Below are positions 49,480 through 61,980 of a stretch of 64,000 bases of DNA, piece after piece. This DNA is from Leucoraja ocellata. Its lineage: Eukaryota. The notes beneath the pieces are model-generated. The model did not search any database. It saw only the letters and a program-made list of their open reading frames with translations, and was not told the DNA's origin. How positions within the stretch are numbered: the first letter of the stretch is position 1; the number at the start of each line of letters is the position of its first letter. Both the position numbers and the translations under genes were made by a program. The stretch spans positions 12,586,001 to 12,650,000 of the forward strand of contig JAWMAR010000008.1 of assembly GCA_036785375.1 (NCBI GenBank). The letters are read 5' to 3'.

Positions 49480-50145
49480 CTAAGTTTAATGCAGATAAAT
49501 GTTGCATTTGGGAACCAGGGCAGGACCTTCACATAAAATGGCAGGGCTCCGCGGTAGTGTTGAAGAGCAAAGATATCTAACTGCAGGTACATAGTTCCTT
49601 GAAAGTGGGTAGATAGGGCGGTTAAGAAGGTTTTCAGCACATTGGTCTTCGTCAGTCAGAGTATTGAGTACAGAAGTTGAAATATTATCTTGTGTTACAG
49701 CTGTACAAAGCGCTGGTGAGGCCACAGTTGGAGTATTGTGTTCAATGGTGGTCACCGTGGTATTGGACATATATTGTAGATATAGATAGGAAGGATGTTG
49801 TTAAGCTGGAAAGAGTGCAGAGAGGTTGCCAGGAGTTGTGGCCCTGGACCACAGGGAGAGGTTGGGCAGACTGGGACTATAAATATTTCATTGAAATGCA
49901 GGAGGCTGAGAGATGGTCTTATCATGATTAAAATCATGGTTAAAATCATGAAGGGGAAGGATAAATGTACTGGGTCGGGGAGTCAAAAACCAGAGGACAT
50001 AGGGTTAAAATAGGAACCTGGGGGGCAATTTTATCACCCAGAGGGTGGTGGGTGTATGGAATGAGCTGACAGAGCGGGTTGCTGAGGCAGCATTTACAAA
50101 TCTCTTGGACATGTACATTGATCGGAGAGGTTTAGCAGGATATGA
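49480..50145 (+). mobile_element. CR1 LINE fragment
   Basis: LQLYKALVRPQLEYCVQWWSP...KDVVKLERVQR. Confidence 0.8.
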
Positions 50146-50506
50146 ACATGCCCCATCTCTCAGATACATGAGTCACTCAGTGTCCTACTGCCCAGTCAAG
50201 GGTCTTAAGAAGGGTCCAGACCCGAAATGTAACCTGTCCATTTCCCTCCGCAGATGCTGCCCGACTCGCTGAGATCCTCCAGCACTTGTGTGTTTTGCTC
50301 AGGATTCCAGCCTCTGCAGTTTATTGCATCTTTTGTGTTCTCAGCGACCACTGTTTGCAGCTGGGATTAGTGCGAGGTAAAATCATTTCAATTGCACACA
50401 CCCCTGGAAGATGACAAAATGTAGGAAGCTGCAATGGCACAACAGGGGCTGTTTTGTCCTCCTTTCTAACGCCGTCTCTGCAATGAGCTCACCAGTCCCC
50501 ACTAAT

Positions 50507-50531
50507 GCGCCATCTACTGCCCCCTGCTGGC
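50507..50531 (-). promoter_or_regulatory. CTCF-like motif(s)
   Basis: Minus strand GCCAGCAGGGGGCAG fits the CTCF core CCASYAGRKGGCRS and overlaps a second near-match, CAGTAGATGGCGC. Confidence 0.45.
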
Positions 50532-50603
50532 AAGTGCTCTGGTGGGATAACTGACTGGAGACACAAGGTGCTGGAATCTTGAACAAACCACAAAGTGCTG
50601 GAG

Positions 50604-50788
50604 GTACACAAAAATGCTGGAGAAACTCAGCGGGCGCAGCAGCATCTATGGTGCGAAGGAGATAGGCAACGTTTCGGCCCCCGAAACGTTGCCTATCTCC
50701 TTCGCTCCATAGATGCTGCTGCACCCGCTGAGTTTCTCCAGCATTTTTGTGTACCTTCGATTTTCCAGCATCTGCAGTTCCTTCTTAA
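50604..50788. mobile_element. Palindromic PLE-derived insertion
   Basis: Long inverted arms; 14-bp TSD ACAAAGTGCTGGAG (50590-50603, 50789-50802). Confidence 0.8.
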
Positions 50789-51195
50789 ACAAAGTGCTGG
50801 AGACTGTAAGAAGTATCCCAACCTGAAACATCATCTATCTATTCCCTACAGAGATGCTGCCTGACCCAGCGAGTTCCCTCCAGAGATGCTGCCTGACCCA
50901 GTGAGTTCCTCCGGCACCTTGTGTTCTGTTTGAGGGAGAAATGGCTGTCTGAAGAAACCAAACAAAATCCACTCTTTGTACAGGATCAGGTCTCCCCTGG
51001 GGATACAGTGCAATGAAACATGCACAACCTGCTTAGCCCAGGCAATGTACAAGGAGGAGTGGCAGAAAATAATGAATGGAATATATGCCAAGTGACGTGC
51101 AGGTTAGTAGTTTAATTAGCTTCTGTAAATTGTCCCTAGGATATACGATGCAGAAATGGGCTAACATAGAAGAACCAGTGTATGGATGATCGATG

Positions 51196-51346
51196 GTTAC
51201 ACAAAAAAGCTGGAGAAACTCAGCGGGTGCAGCAGCATCTATGGAGCAGCATCTATGCTCCAAAGATGCTGCTGCACCCGCTGAGTTTCTCCAGCTTTTT
51301 TGTGTAACCTTCGATTCTCCAGCATCTGAACTTCCCTCTTAAACAC
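51196..51346. mobile_element. Palindromic PLE-derived insertion inside a SINE
   Basis: 15-bp TSD TATGGATGATCGATG (51181-51195, 51347-51361). Confidence 0.8.
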
Positions 51347-52355
51347 TATGGATGATCGATGATCGGCATGGGCTCGCTGGGCCGAAGGGCCTGTTTCCAC
51401 TCTGTATCTCCGAAGTAAACTGCTTTATCCGTGATCACTATTTTCACAGCACGGTTCATAACTTAAAATAAAATTTTACGGCCACTGTGCTTTTGAAGTG
51501 GTTATAGTTAAGCAGGAAATGTTGCGGCCAAATTACTCACAACAAGCTCGTACTCTTGAGGGTGAATGAGCAGATCACCGGAGACAGTGATCTTTGTTGA
51601 GGGATAAATGGGGCTGTCCAGAATGATCAAGGGCCTGTTTGAGTCAGAGTTCATGCAGGAGCTTGTTTAGCCTATATCCAACACAGCAGCAGAACCAGAT
51701 GCAGCAGGCAGCATCCACCTCCCTTCCCTCCACACAGGCATACAGCGGCAGTTATTCCAGTACTCCCAGCTCGGATGACCAATTTTTCAATCATCTTGTA
51801 AACAAAAATTTGATTAAATGGTATGGCATTGAAACAGGCCCTTTGGCCCACCGAGTCCATGCCAACAGCTGTTCATGCTCGTTCTGTTGCATCCACTCCC
51901 TGCACACTAGGGTTAATATAAAGATGCCCTTAACCAGCAAACTCAAAACCGGAGCAATCAGAGGAAACCCATGCGGTCACTGGGAAACATGCAAACTCCA
52001 CAGAGACAGCACCTGAGGTCCAGGTTGATCCTGGGTCTCTGGTGCTGTGAGACTGCAGTTCTACCACCCACTGTGCCATCCAAGGTGAGAAATCCCAGTC
52101 CAGAATTCCTTATGCATTTGGGGATTACAATATGTGATGTTCCTTCCTGCCAATCACTCCCACCCTCCACCCCTTCCCCCATGCATGGTAATCAAGGATA
52201 AATCATTCTGGTTCTTTGCCTACAATGCAGGGCCACGTCACCCGGGTCAGAAATAACCAACCTTAAGCAATTCAGGGATCCAGCACATCCACTATCGCCC
52301 CAGGGAAAGAACATGAGGAATCGACAGCATGTAAGATGGGCCAAATGGGCCCGTC

Positions 52356-52361
52356 TTTATT
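52356..52361 (-). terminator. Candidate PIGS polyadenylation signal (an alternative lies at 53482-53487)
   Basis: TTTATT on the plus strand downstream of the PIGS stop. Confidence 0.35.
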
Positions 52362-52959
52362 TGTAGTCAATGCTCAGCTCCCGGCTCAAATAACCTGGTC
52401 TACCTCAACACAATTTAGTCCTTTGGTTATTTTATAAACTTTGATCAGACTGGACAAATTGACACATTCTGAACATAGCCAGCTCCCTGAAGCTGCTGGG
52501 AAACGTGCCTCAGACTGGGATACAGTCCAGTGGCGGCCCTGTGCACACTTCCCACAGCCCCTACACCTCCCACTGCACGAGGACAGCAACGCTGCAAGTA
52601 AAATCCCAACAAGGTCTTTGTGCAAGGACAACATGAGAACGCCGTTTCATAAATCTTAATTAACAGCTCCGTCATTATAAACTAATTATTGTGCTCGAGT
52701 CTACAAAGCTACCCCATACAGCAGGAGTGCATTAATAATGGGCTGATTAAACACAGCAATACAAGGTAGTATTTACAAGGTAAAACATAACATTTACTAC
52801 AGAGCAGCTCCACTTAATTAAAGAGCTCACATCGGGGAGTTGGACAATTGCGGACAAAGGGTGAAGACTGAGGAAGCGAGGAGGAGACAGGCGGAGGGGG
52901 AGAGAAGGCAGGGGAAGTAGAACAAGTGGCTCAGCGGCAAGAGGCCGAGTTGGGATGTG

Positions 52960-53113
52960 TAGGAAGGAACTGCAGATGCTGGTTATACACCCAAGATAGA
53001 CACAAAATGCTGGAGTAACTCAGCGGGACAGGCGAGCATCTCTGGTCTTGACACGAAACCTCTCCAGAGATGCTGCCTGTCCTGCTGAGTTACTCCAGCA
53101 TTTTGTGTCTATC
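52960..53113. mobile_element. Palindromic PLE-derived element
   Basis: GATAGACACAAAATGCTGGAGTAACTCAGC arm and its inverted copy. Confidence 0.7.
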
Positions 53114-53816
53114 TGAGGTGGGATGGATGGACAGAAGAAAGTAACAGAGGGAGGTTAGGAGAGAGAGACAAGGGTGGAAGAAAGAGTCGACTAGAAGTGA
53201 ATGACAGTTGCCAACACGAACTCATGCACCAGCCATGTTTGCAAAGGGTATGAGGATCGCAAGTTTTGATACTTAGCAGACCTCTGTCCCCAGTGTAACA
53301 CGGCATTTACTGCAGGATGCTGGGCTTCTGTCTGCTGTGCATACAGTCCAAGCACTGCCACAGCTCTCGACATTAGTTTGGTTCAGTGCCAACACCACAG
53401 AAGGCCAAGTTTAGCAGCCTGCTGGCCAATGGGAGCAGAAGACTCCAGTACCACACAACACACAAGGCAGAGGGAGTCCAGTTTATTCGGACACTCCTGG
53501 TCCTGTCTCACGTGCCTGACATGACTGCACCGAGCCCTGACCTTTGGCTGTGCTTTGGGAGAGAGGGAACTGTACAGATTGAGCTTACAACATCTAATTT
53601 GGTGGTGTCACTTGCTGCAGTTCAGTAGCCCACCCGTCTAGTGAAGAGCATGCCTCAGTTAACGGAAAGCTGCATGCAGTCTAGTCCAGCATGATTCCAT
53701 TGCATTCAGGAGAGGGGACACCCTCCCAATAAATTAAAATCTATCAAACCCTTTCACCACTATCATTCACCATTCTTCCATAATTCTATGAGGAACACCC
53801 TCAGAGTGCCTCCTCC

Positions 53817-54080
53817 TCAATCCACCTTCCGCCTCCACTTCAGGTCCTTCCCTGACTTCAGCAAGGACAGCACGATGGGGACACACACGGGGAGGAACAG
53901 GGGGATGTAAATGGCAAACTTCTGATCGTCCGGGAAGTACAGGAGGTGGAGGAGCGACGGGTCGAAGAAGGCTTTCTCCGACGAGGTGATGGCGTTTTTG
54001 CTGGCTTGGAAGGCGAGCAGGAGCCTCCCAGCCTCCAGCTCCTCCAGTGACAGCTGAACGGAAGCCACGGCTCTGTACAC
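53817..54080 (-). CDS. PIGS: PIGS last exon (GPI transamidase subunit PIG-S)
   Basis: VYRAVASVQ...[32 protein letters not shown]...RRKVD*; ctgcag acceptor. Confidence 0.96.
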   Translation of the reverse strand: MYRAVASVQLSLEELEAGRLLLAFQASKNAITSSEKAFFDPSLLHLLYFPDDQKFAIYIPLFLPVCVPIVLSLLKSGKDLKWRRKVD

Positions 54081-54782
54081 CTGCAGTTACAGGGAGAGAG
54101 ACAAGCATTACCCGAGGAAACATAGAAAATAGGTGCAGGAGTAGGCCATTTGGCCCTTTGAGCCTGCACCGCCATTCAATATGATCATGGCTGATCATCC
54201 AACTCAGTACCCTGTACCTGCCTTCTTTCCATACCCCCTGATCCCTTTGGCCACAAGGGCCACATCTCACTCCCTCTTAAATATAGCCTGGCCTCAACTA
54301 CCTTCTGTGGCAGAGAATTCCAGAGATTCACCACTGTCTGTGTGAAATTTGTCCGTGTGGTGGGGTTTGTCCGTGTGGTGGAGTTTGCTCGTGTGCAGTT
54401 TGCCCGTGAGGAGACAAAGCTCAAGTGCTAACACGGAGTAAACATACAACTGGCTTTCAGTGGACTACAGAATGAGACCATGCTCCCTGTGTCCAATTCC
54501 CACTTGACCTGCTATTTCTTGTTGTGCTTTTTTCCCTTTTAGTTTAGTTTAAAGATACAGTGCGGAAACAGGCCCTTTGGTCCATCGAGTCCGAGTCTCT
54601 GGCACTGTGAGGGAGCAACCACCCACGGTCCTGTGACCTGCCAGGGGATCTGTCTGTACCTACTGACAATCGCAGGAACCGGGTGTGGGTGGGAGAGACA
54701 GGCAAGGTAGTGTGACACCTTTACAACCGCACTCCAACACACAGCCACATACATGAGGAAGAAAGAGAGCAGCTAAACCCAC

Positions 54783-54993
54783 CTCAGAGGCGATGTTGTC
54801 GTTGATCACGATGTTGCCAATTTTATCGATGAGCTGTGCCAGGGAGGTGAGCGTGTTGGTGGCCGTGGCAATGTTCTCCACTGTCCTCACCCACAAGAGC
54901 CGGTCCATCTCCCAGTCCGTCACCACCATGTTCCCCGGGCTTTGGGTGACGGTCTCGGGAAGGTGCTGCACCTTCTGTATGCCCATCAACAAC
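54783..54993 (-). CDS. PIGS: PIGS exon (211 nt)
   Basis: LLMGIQK...TDWEMDRLLWVRTVENIATATNTLTSLAQLIDKIGNIVINDNIASE; AG/GT boundaries. Confidence 0.95.
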
Positions 54994-55528
54994 CTAGCAG
55001 TGGGAAGGGACAAGAGCAGGAATGGGAGTGTGCATCGGAGAAGGAGGGAGATGGAGAGATGGGGGAGAGAGGGGAGCGTGGGGAGGAAGACCTGAGGGGA
55101 AGGGGTCGCGGGGGGAGGTGGACGCGGGAGGGGGGAGGGAAGAAAGGTGGGGACGGAATGAAGGTGGGGAGAGAGGGGAGACGGGAGGGAGGGAGAAGTG
55201 CCCCTCATTTCTCCTCTGCTATTTAAAACGATTCCCGGCTGATGTTCTACTCAGCTTGACTCTCACGTACTAACCCTTAATATTAAAAATACTATCTATC
55301 TACCCACATCCTAAAAGTACTCTGACTCAGCCCCCATGGCAAACAACTCCAAAGTCTCCTCTTCTCAGCTCCTTACAGATGAGCCCTTATTTGGAGGCTG
55401 ACCCCTGAGTCGGCATTTCCCAGACAGGGGAATCCCTTCCCTGCCAGACTCCACACGGATTTTGAGCATTTCAACAGGGTCACCCTCTCCTCCGCTGTGA
55501 TCTGTGCTTCATTCCTACTTTTCCTTAC

Positions 55529-55629
55529 CGCATCTGAGGCAGGAACACCTCCATCACACGAGCCATGTCCACCTGAACGGAGACTGGGAAAAGCGTCTCG
55601 TTGGTCTGTTTGTGGTCCACGTTGTAAAT
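55529..55629 (-). CDS. PIGS: PIGS exon (101 nt)
   Basis: IYNVDHKQTNETLFPVSVQVDMARVMEVFLPQM(R); CG|GTAAGG donor. Confidence 0.93.
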
Positions 55630-55952
55630 CTGACCAGGAAACAGGTTCAACGTAAGAGTGAACATCTCAACCGTGTATTGGGAAACAGGAGCACACTTAG
55701 AGATTTGTATTACATGGCTGATATGGTTAAACACTATGCATAATGTATACAACATGTATTTATAACATCCTTTATAGTCTCTGCAACAAAGAAGAGCTAT
55801 TGAGGCGCAGTCACTAACATAAAGGAAACATGGCAACCTGTCTGTGTAACACAAACTCTCAAGATAGCAATAACACATTTATTAAGTGATGCCGGGAGAG
55901 TGAAGTTATACCTGTTGTTTAACATCTTGTTGGATAGAGGACATTCAAGAGT

Positions 55953-56217
55953 GTGGCACTCTCACCCCCCCACATCGCAGCGCCCCATCACTGCCCCTCC
56001 CACAGTGCGGCGCTCCCCCACCGCCCTTCCCACAGCATGATGCTCCCTCACTGCCCCTCCCACTGCAACACTCCCTCAGCACTGCCCCTGCATCAGTGCA
56101 GCACAACCTTCAGCACCTTCCCTAGCCTCAGCACTATCCCTCTCCCTCAGCACCGCCCCTGCAACAGTGCAGTGCACCCTCAGCACTGCAGCGCTCCCTC
56201 AGCAGTGTCCCTCCAAC
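55953..56217 (+). repeat. Degenerate minisatellite (CAGCACTGCCCCTCCCACAGTGC-like)
   Basis: Recurring units of ~28-30 nt. Confidence 0.65.
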
Positions 56218-56230
56218 AGTGCAGCAATGC

Positions 56231-56539
56231 GGCCATCCGTGAGGCACGGTGCCAGGCGGTGGAAGGCTTCACCCGAGCCGGCTGCATGAACCCTTTTCCT
56301 GGGTTACGTCCGTGCCCGGGTGGGGTTAGAAAGGGAATACGCCCTGTCCACGAGGAGTTCTGGGACCACTGGGCTCCGCAGGCGTTGAATGCATCCTTGA
56401 CAAGGAGTGTAAGATAATTGTACAGTAGTTTATTAAGGATATTTGTTTGTATTGTATTATGGTAGTGGGATCTGGTTTGTTTTATTGTAGTGTAATATTA
56501 TTTTTTAATAATTGAATAAATTTTTTGAATTAAAAAAAA
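56231..56539 (+). mobile_element. 5'-truncated Tx1/L1-clade LINE with poly(A) tail
   Basis: 13-bp TSD AGTGCAGCAATGC (56218-56230, 56540-56552); AATAAA plus A-tail; frame fragments like FLGYVRARVGLEREYA...FWDHWAPQ resemble a Tx1-type ORF2 C-terminus. Confidence 0.7.
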
Positions 56540-58650
56540 AGTGCAGCAATGCAAGGCTGGAATCAGGGCTCAAGTTTTGGGAGTGTGATCTGAACCTATA
56601 ACAATTTTACTCTTTGCAGTGTGGGTGGCAGCAGGCCTCACAGCCCCAGTGACCCAGGATCAATTCCGACCTTTGCCGCTGTCTATGTGACCGCGTGGGT
56701 TTCCTCTGGGTACTCCGCTTCCCCCACCGCCCCATATCCCACAAACTGTGAGGGTCAGTGGGTTAATTGATCGTTTTAAGTTACCCTTGGTGTCGTGTGG
56801 CTGGCAGGATTAAAGGGAATGTGCAGAGAATAGGAGCAGGGAAAATTAGCAGGGAGAATGGGAGCACTCTGTGACTTGACATGGACTTGATGCACTTGAA
56901 TAGTGTGGAAATGCCGAATGTTTAAATATAGAGTGCTTGCCACTGTACAGCGGCTGATGCTGACTAAAATGGTTCCATCTGTACAACACAATGTACATTC
57001 AATTTAATTAACATTGTGCATTTTATGAATGAGCACCTTATTTTCAGATATTTGTAACTCTGCAAATATCTGAGGAAGTAAGGACATTTCTGATGCCCCC
57101 ACCTGCCACCCCTCTCCCTCCCACTCCCTTGTCAATGATCTCATTCCCAATTCTGGCTACCATCTAACCCTCAACACGAAGAGGTCCATTTGGTCGCTAT
57201 CACTTTGTTGTTTTGTGGGATCTTTCTGTGCACGGCGGCTGCACCGACCGATACAGTACAAAGATGACGTTGCTTCAAGGCAGTATTACACTGAGCCTAG
57301 AGTGTGCTGGGCTAAAACACGCCATGGAAATCTAGCTGCCTTTCACCAGTTCAAACATTCTGCTGGCCTTCCACACACTGGCACACAAGATTAACCGGGC
57401 CCTTGTTGCACCCTGATTCTAGGCAGAGGTAACTTTCAATTACTGTAAAACCATGCTTTGTGGTATTAGTGCTCTGTTCACTCAGTCTGTTAATATTTCT
57501 CCAAAGTGAAGCAACCACTGCCTGACCCGCTGAGTTACTCCAGTATGTTGTGTCCATCCTCACATGGTGCTTTCAATGGGCTGACCGTAGCTACAATGGC
57601 TTCCTGTCTGACCTCCACCATTCTCTCCGAAACACCTGCCACAACCAGACCGACGAGGACAAAGGAGGATCTCAACCCGAAACGTCACCTTCCATGTCCT
57701 CCAGAGATGTTGCCCGACATGCTGACCTACTTCAGCACCTTTGTGTGTTTTCAGTAAACCAGCATCTTCTTGTTCCCCGCTGCTACAGATATGGATTTAC
57801 TCTGCTTTGTAAAGAATAAGAGCTCATTTATTGGAGACCTGAGACACAAAGTTAATGCTTGTGTTAACAGTCAAGGCTTTCAGTTTCTGATACAAATGAA
57901 TTATTGAGTAGTACTGCATGGAAACAGGCCCTTCTGCCCAACTTGTCCATGCCGACCAAGATCAGATGTGGGTCAGTATAGACATGCAGCTTTATGGCCG
58001 AACTATCCAATTAATTCCACCTATTAATTGGAGTTTTAACTTTATCTATCAAATTAATAAATAATCTATTGAATTAATAACTATCCAATTAATTTGAGCC
58101 ATTTTTTTTTTAAACCCCTTTCAGAGGATGGTATGTCTTTCTCAAATGACAGTGGCAGAAGAATTTTGGTAAACCAGCAATAACATAGACTCTTGATAAG
58201 GAATGAAAGATTACAGGTTGATCAATAAAGGGTTACAAGCAACACAAGAGGCACACAGCCTTCATCAGAGTGAGGGTCACAAATGCTCACGGGCAGGCCA
58301 AATGAGCAAGAGTGCTTGTTAGAATAATTTTCTCTGACACCATTCATTTAAAACAAAATGTAAGGGGACATTTTTAGAGCTACTTATTTTGGTGCAGCTT
58401 GTAATAATAGGGCAGGAAATGTACACATCCACTTTTGTTATCAATGCTGTTGGTTACAAATTCAGAGATTAAATGTCGGAAGCAGCAATCACCCTGGATT
58501 TATGGATTTTGCCTACGTGGAGTCTCCTCGGAAAAAACAGGAAATTAAAATGTGTGCTATTTTCAGCTGTGATGCACACAGACGGGTGCAGGGGAGAGGC
58601 TGAGGGAGCGCTGTTGCTATGGCCACTGTTGCTAGAACAACCAGCCACAG

Positions 58651-58657
58651 GTGCTGC

Positions 58658-58691
<34 letters not shown>
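58651..58691 (+). repeat. (GCT)n trinucleotide microsatellite in a PIGS intron
   Basis: Seen directly. Confidence 0.9.
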
Positions 58692-60699
58692 TCAAGGTTA
58701 CAATCCAAGGGGCTGAGGAAATGGTGTCCCTGCAACAAATGCTTTGCCCCAGTGCTGTCAGTAGGAATACTAGCCACCATCTTCAGGGCATTTTACCCTG
58801 GGCTGTTGTGGTGTGGGGTGTTGTCTTCACCAACTGCACCACTAGAGTACATAACCACATTAAAGCAGTTGCCAGAGACGGCAGCATCCCAAAATGGATG
58901 TTGCTGGCAATGAATAGTTGTAGTTTACAGCGTGGAAACAGTCCCTTCAGCCTGTCGAGTCCACTCCGACCATCGTTCACCCATTTACATTAGCTCCATG
59001 TTATCCCACTTTTGCATCCACTCCCTACATCCTAGGGGCAATTTACAGAGGCCAATTAACCTATAAACCTGCACACCTCTGGGATGTGGGAGGACACCAG
59101 AGCACCTGGAGAGAACCACAGGGCGAACTGTTCATTCTACACCTAGAGGTTATATCCTCAGACGGTGCAGTGGGTGAAGGCATCGCCCACACACAAAAGT
59201 CCAGGGTTAAATACTCACTCTGTGACAAGCTATTGTGAACTGCGGGAAGAGATGGGAAGCTCACTGCAGACAGGAAGGAGTGGGAGGGGATAAATAATTC
59301 AGTGTCTCTTAAAAAAACACTCAAAAGAGCAATGACCAGTAGTTTAGAGACTGTTAACGATCATCGTAGATTTAGGAAGCCATTGCTTTTCATTCTGAAA
59401 AGATAAATTGTGGAGATTGAACTTAAGTACGTATGAATGGACTAGCCAGCCAGACCATCTGCAGCGGAGGCTGTCTTAGGTTCGGGATAATGAGCAGACA
59501 AGTGTATAACTAGGTTAGGAGTCAGGTGGCTTTCCATGGTGAGAGCTGATCGACTCTGACAGTAGCAAAAGGGGACTGGATAAGTGCCGTGCTGTGGCTG
59601 CAGATGTAACATCCCTATTGAAGAAATGAGGGAAGCACAAAGGTTGGAAGTTATAGAAAAATTAGCTTGCCATCTGTCATTGGGTAAATGCTGCCAGTGT
59701 AAGACTTACAATGCGGTTATAAACACAGTCACTATTGCTTCACTAAGGGGGCGCATTCATTTGCGTTGTTTGAGGATGTAAGGAACTTTGCGACATGAAA
59801 ATGGACAGGTTTTTGGGTTTACAGGGGAGCCACTAGTTCTGAAGAACATGCAGGAAAATGGAGCCAAGCCAAACCCAGATCAGATGTACCCGTACAAATC
59901 CAAGGGACCCTACAGCCGACTCTGCTCCTGTTCACTGTGTTCTATAACTTTGTAGAGAAAGGAGGTGGGACATGATCTTGCAACTGAGAGCCTGGTTTTG
60001 ATCACCGTGGTGGGAAAGAAATAATTTTTCCAGAGGAGTTATTAATCTCTGGAGAAGATGATCTAATCCAACCTCGACACTGCGACACTCCTCTTGAAAT
60101 AACATGGACCTGCCTTATTTCTAATTGTGTTTTTGCATTAATCTCTTTTTTTTTTGCACGTATTCTTCCTTTTTGTATATTCTGGATAAGTTATGTATAA
60201 TTTGTTTGTGTATGTGTGTGTATGTGTGCGTCCATGTGCCTGTGATTCGGATGCAAGTAAGATTTCCATTGCGCCTGTTACTCGCCACATTCATGCACGG
60301 GGCAACAAACAAACTTAACCTGAATGACCACCCGTCAGAGAGAACCCGGGAAGCTGGATGTTTTACTGAGGGTTTGTGGAGCAGCCTCCTCCTACCTTTT
60401 TTGTGGGTTCCGTAATTCTCCAAACCCAGCAGAAGCAGGAATACAATGAGCTCAAACAAGGTTAAGGAGATTATGGTGTGTGGACAACACAGGACAAACC
60501 TCTCCTTGCGATCCAGAATGTGAGACTACATTGAAGCTGCATCTTTGGGTGCAGGGCCAGGGCAGATGAGTCTGCTTGGGAGCCGGCATGGGTTTAATGA
60601 GCCAGGCGCCCTCCCTCTATTATATGAATAAATCCCCCGCTTGCTTGTAGTTCTAGAACCGCTAGCATTTCTTATTTAAGAGCGATTTCTCCTACTTAC

Positions 60700-60845
60700 C
60701 ATGATTCCTCCCCAGCGGGAGCTGTGAAAGGCGTTGGATTCGAGGGGAGATCCACTGCTGTCACGGATGTACAGAGGAGAGTGAGAGTATTCAGGTACGT
60801 ACAGAAGAAAATTTAAAACCGGATAGGATGAAGCAACATTGGACC
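60700..60845 (-). CDS. PIGS: PIGS exon (146 nt)
   Basis: [19 protein letters not shown]...SPLYIRD...[12 protein letters not shown]; ATG|GTAAGT donor. Confidence 0.95.
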
Positions 60846-60957
60846 CTGGAGACAAACAGAAAGAAGGGTCATTCAGGCTTCTTGTCCACTGGCAGCTTCT
60901 CCCTGCCCCCCCCCCCCCCCCCCCTGCAATCATCTTGACCCACAGTATAAATCCCAG

Positions 60958-61980
60958 ATAGAAACATAGAAAATAAGTGCAGGAGTAGGCCATTCGGCCC
61001 TTCGAGCCAGCAATATGATCATGTCTGATCATCTAAAATCAGTACCCCATTCCTGCTATCTCTTGATTCCATTAGCCCTAAGAGCTAAATCTAACTCTTT
61101 CTTGAAAACATCCAGTGAATTGGCCTCCACTACCTTCTGTGGCAGAGAATTCCACAAATTCACAGCTCTCTGGGTGAAAATGTTTTTCCTTGTCTCAGTC
61201 CTAAATGGCCTACCCCTTATTCTGAAACTGTGACCCCTGGTTCTGGACTCCCCCAACATTAGAAACATTTTTCCTGCATCTAGCCTGTCCAATCCCTGAA
61301 GAATTTTATGTTTCTATAAAAACCCCTTATCCTTCTAAATTCCAGTGAATACAACACATTTCTCATCATATGTCAGTCCCGCCATCCTGGGAATTAACCT
61401 GCTGCACTCCCTCAATAGCAATAATGTCCTTCCTCAAATCAAGATACCAAAACTGCACACAATACTCCAGGTGAAGTCTCACCAGGGCCCTGTACAACTG
61501 CAGTAGAAGCTCCTTGCTCCTAAACTCAAATCCTCTCAACATGAAGGCCAACATGCTATTAGCTTTCTTCACTGCCTGCTGTACCTGCATGCTTACTTTC
61601 AGTACACAAAATTGCTGGAGAAACTCAGCAGGTGCAGCAGCATCTATGGAGCGAAGGAAATAGGCGACGTTTCGGGCCGAAACCCTTCTTCAGACTGAAG
61701 ATCGAAGGTACACAAAATTGCTGGAGAAAGTCAGCGGGTGCAGCAGCATCTATGGAGCGAAGGAAATAGGCGACGTTTCGGGCCGAAACCCTTCTTCAGA
61801 CTGAAGAAGGGTTTCGGCCCGAAACGTCGCCTATTTCCTTTTCAACTTCGATCTTCCAGCATCTGCAGTTCCCTCTTGAACACTCTGCTTACTTTCAGTG
61901 ACTGATCTACAAGGACATCAGGTCTCGTTGCACCTCCCGTTTTACCAATCTGACACCATTCAGATAATAATCTGCCTTCT
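60958..61980 (-). mobile_element. CR1 LINE fragment (hosts the PLE-derived insertion)
   Basis: QVQQAVKKANSMLAF...LYRALVRLHLEYCVQFW; TRGHSFRIRG. Confidence 0.85.
61604..61885. mobile_element. Tandem + inverted PLE-derived insertion with three hammerhead-like cores
   Basis: 14-bp TSD TGCTTACTTTCAGT (61590-61603, 61886-61899). Minus cores at 61666-61693 and 61772-61799; plus core at 61801-61828. Confidence 0.8.

Noticed and set aside
51570-51596. Hairpin ending GATCTTTG as another micro-element
   Set aside because: Lacks the CCTATAGC core and an 8-bp TSD.
58469-58993. Poly-Ala / poly-Cys ORFs
   Set aside because: Products of a (GCT)n microsatellite in a PIGS intron.
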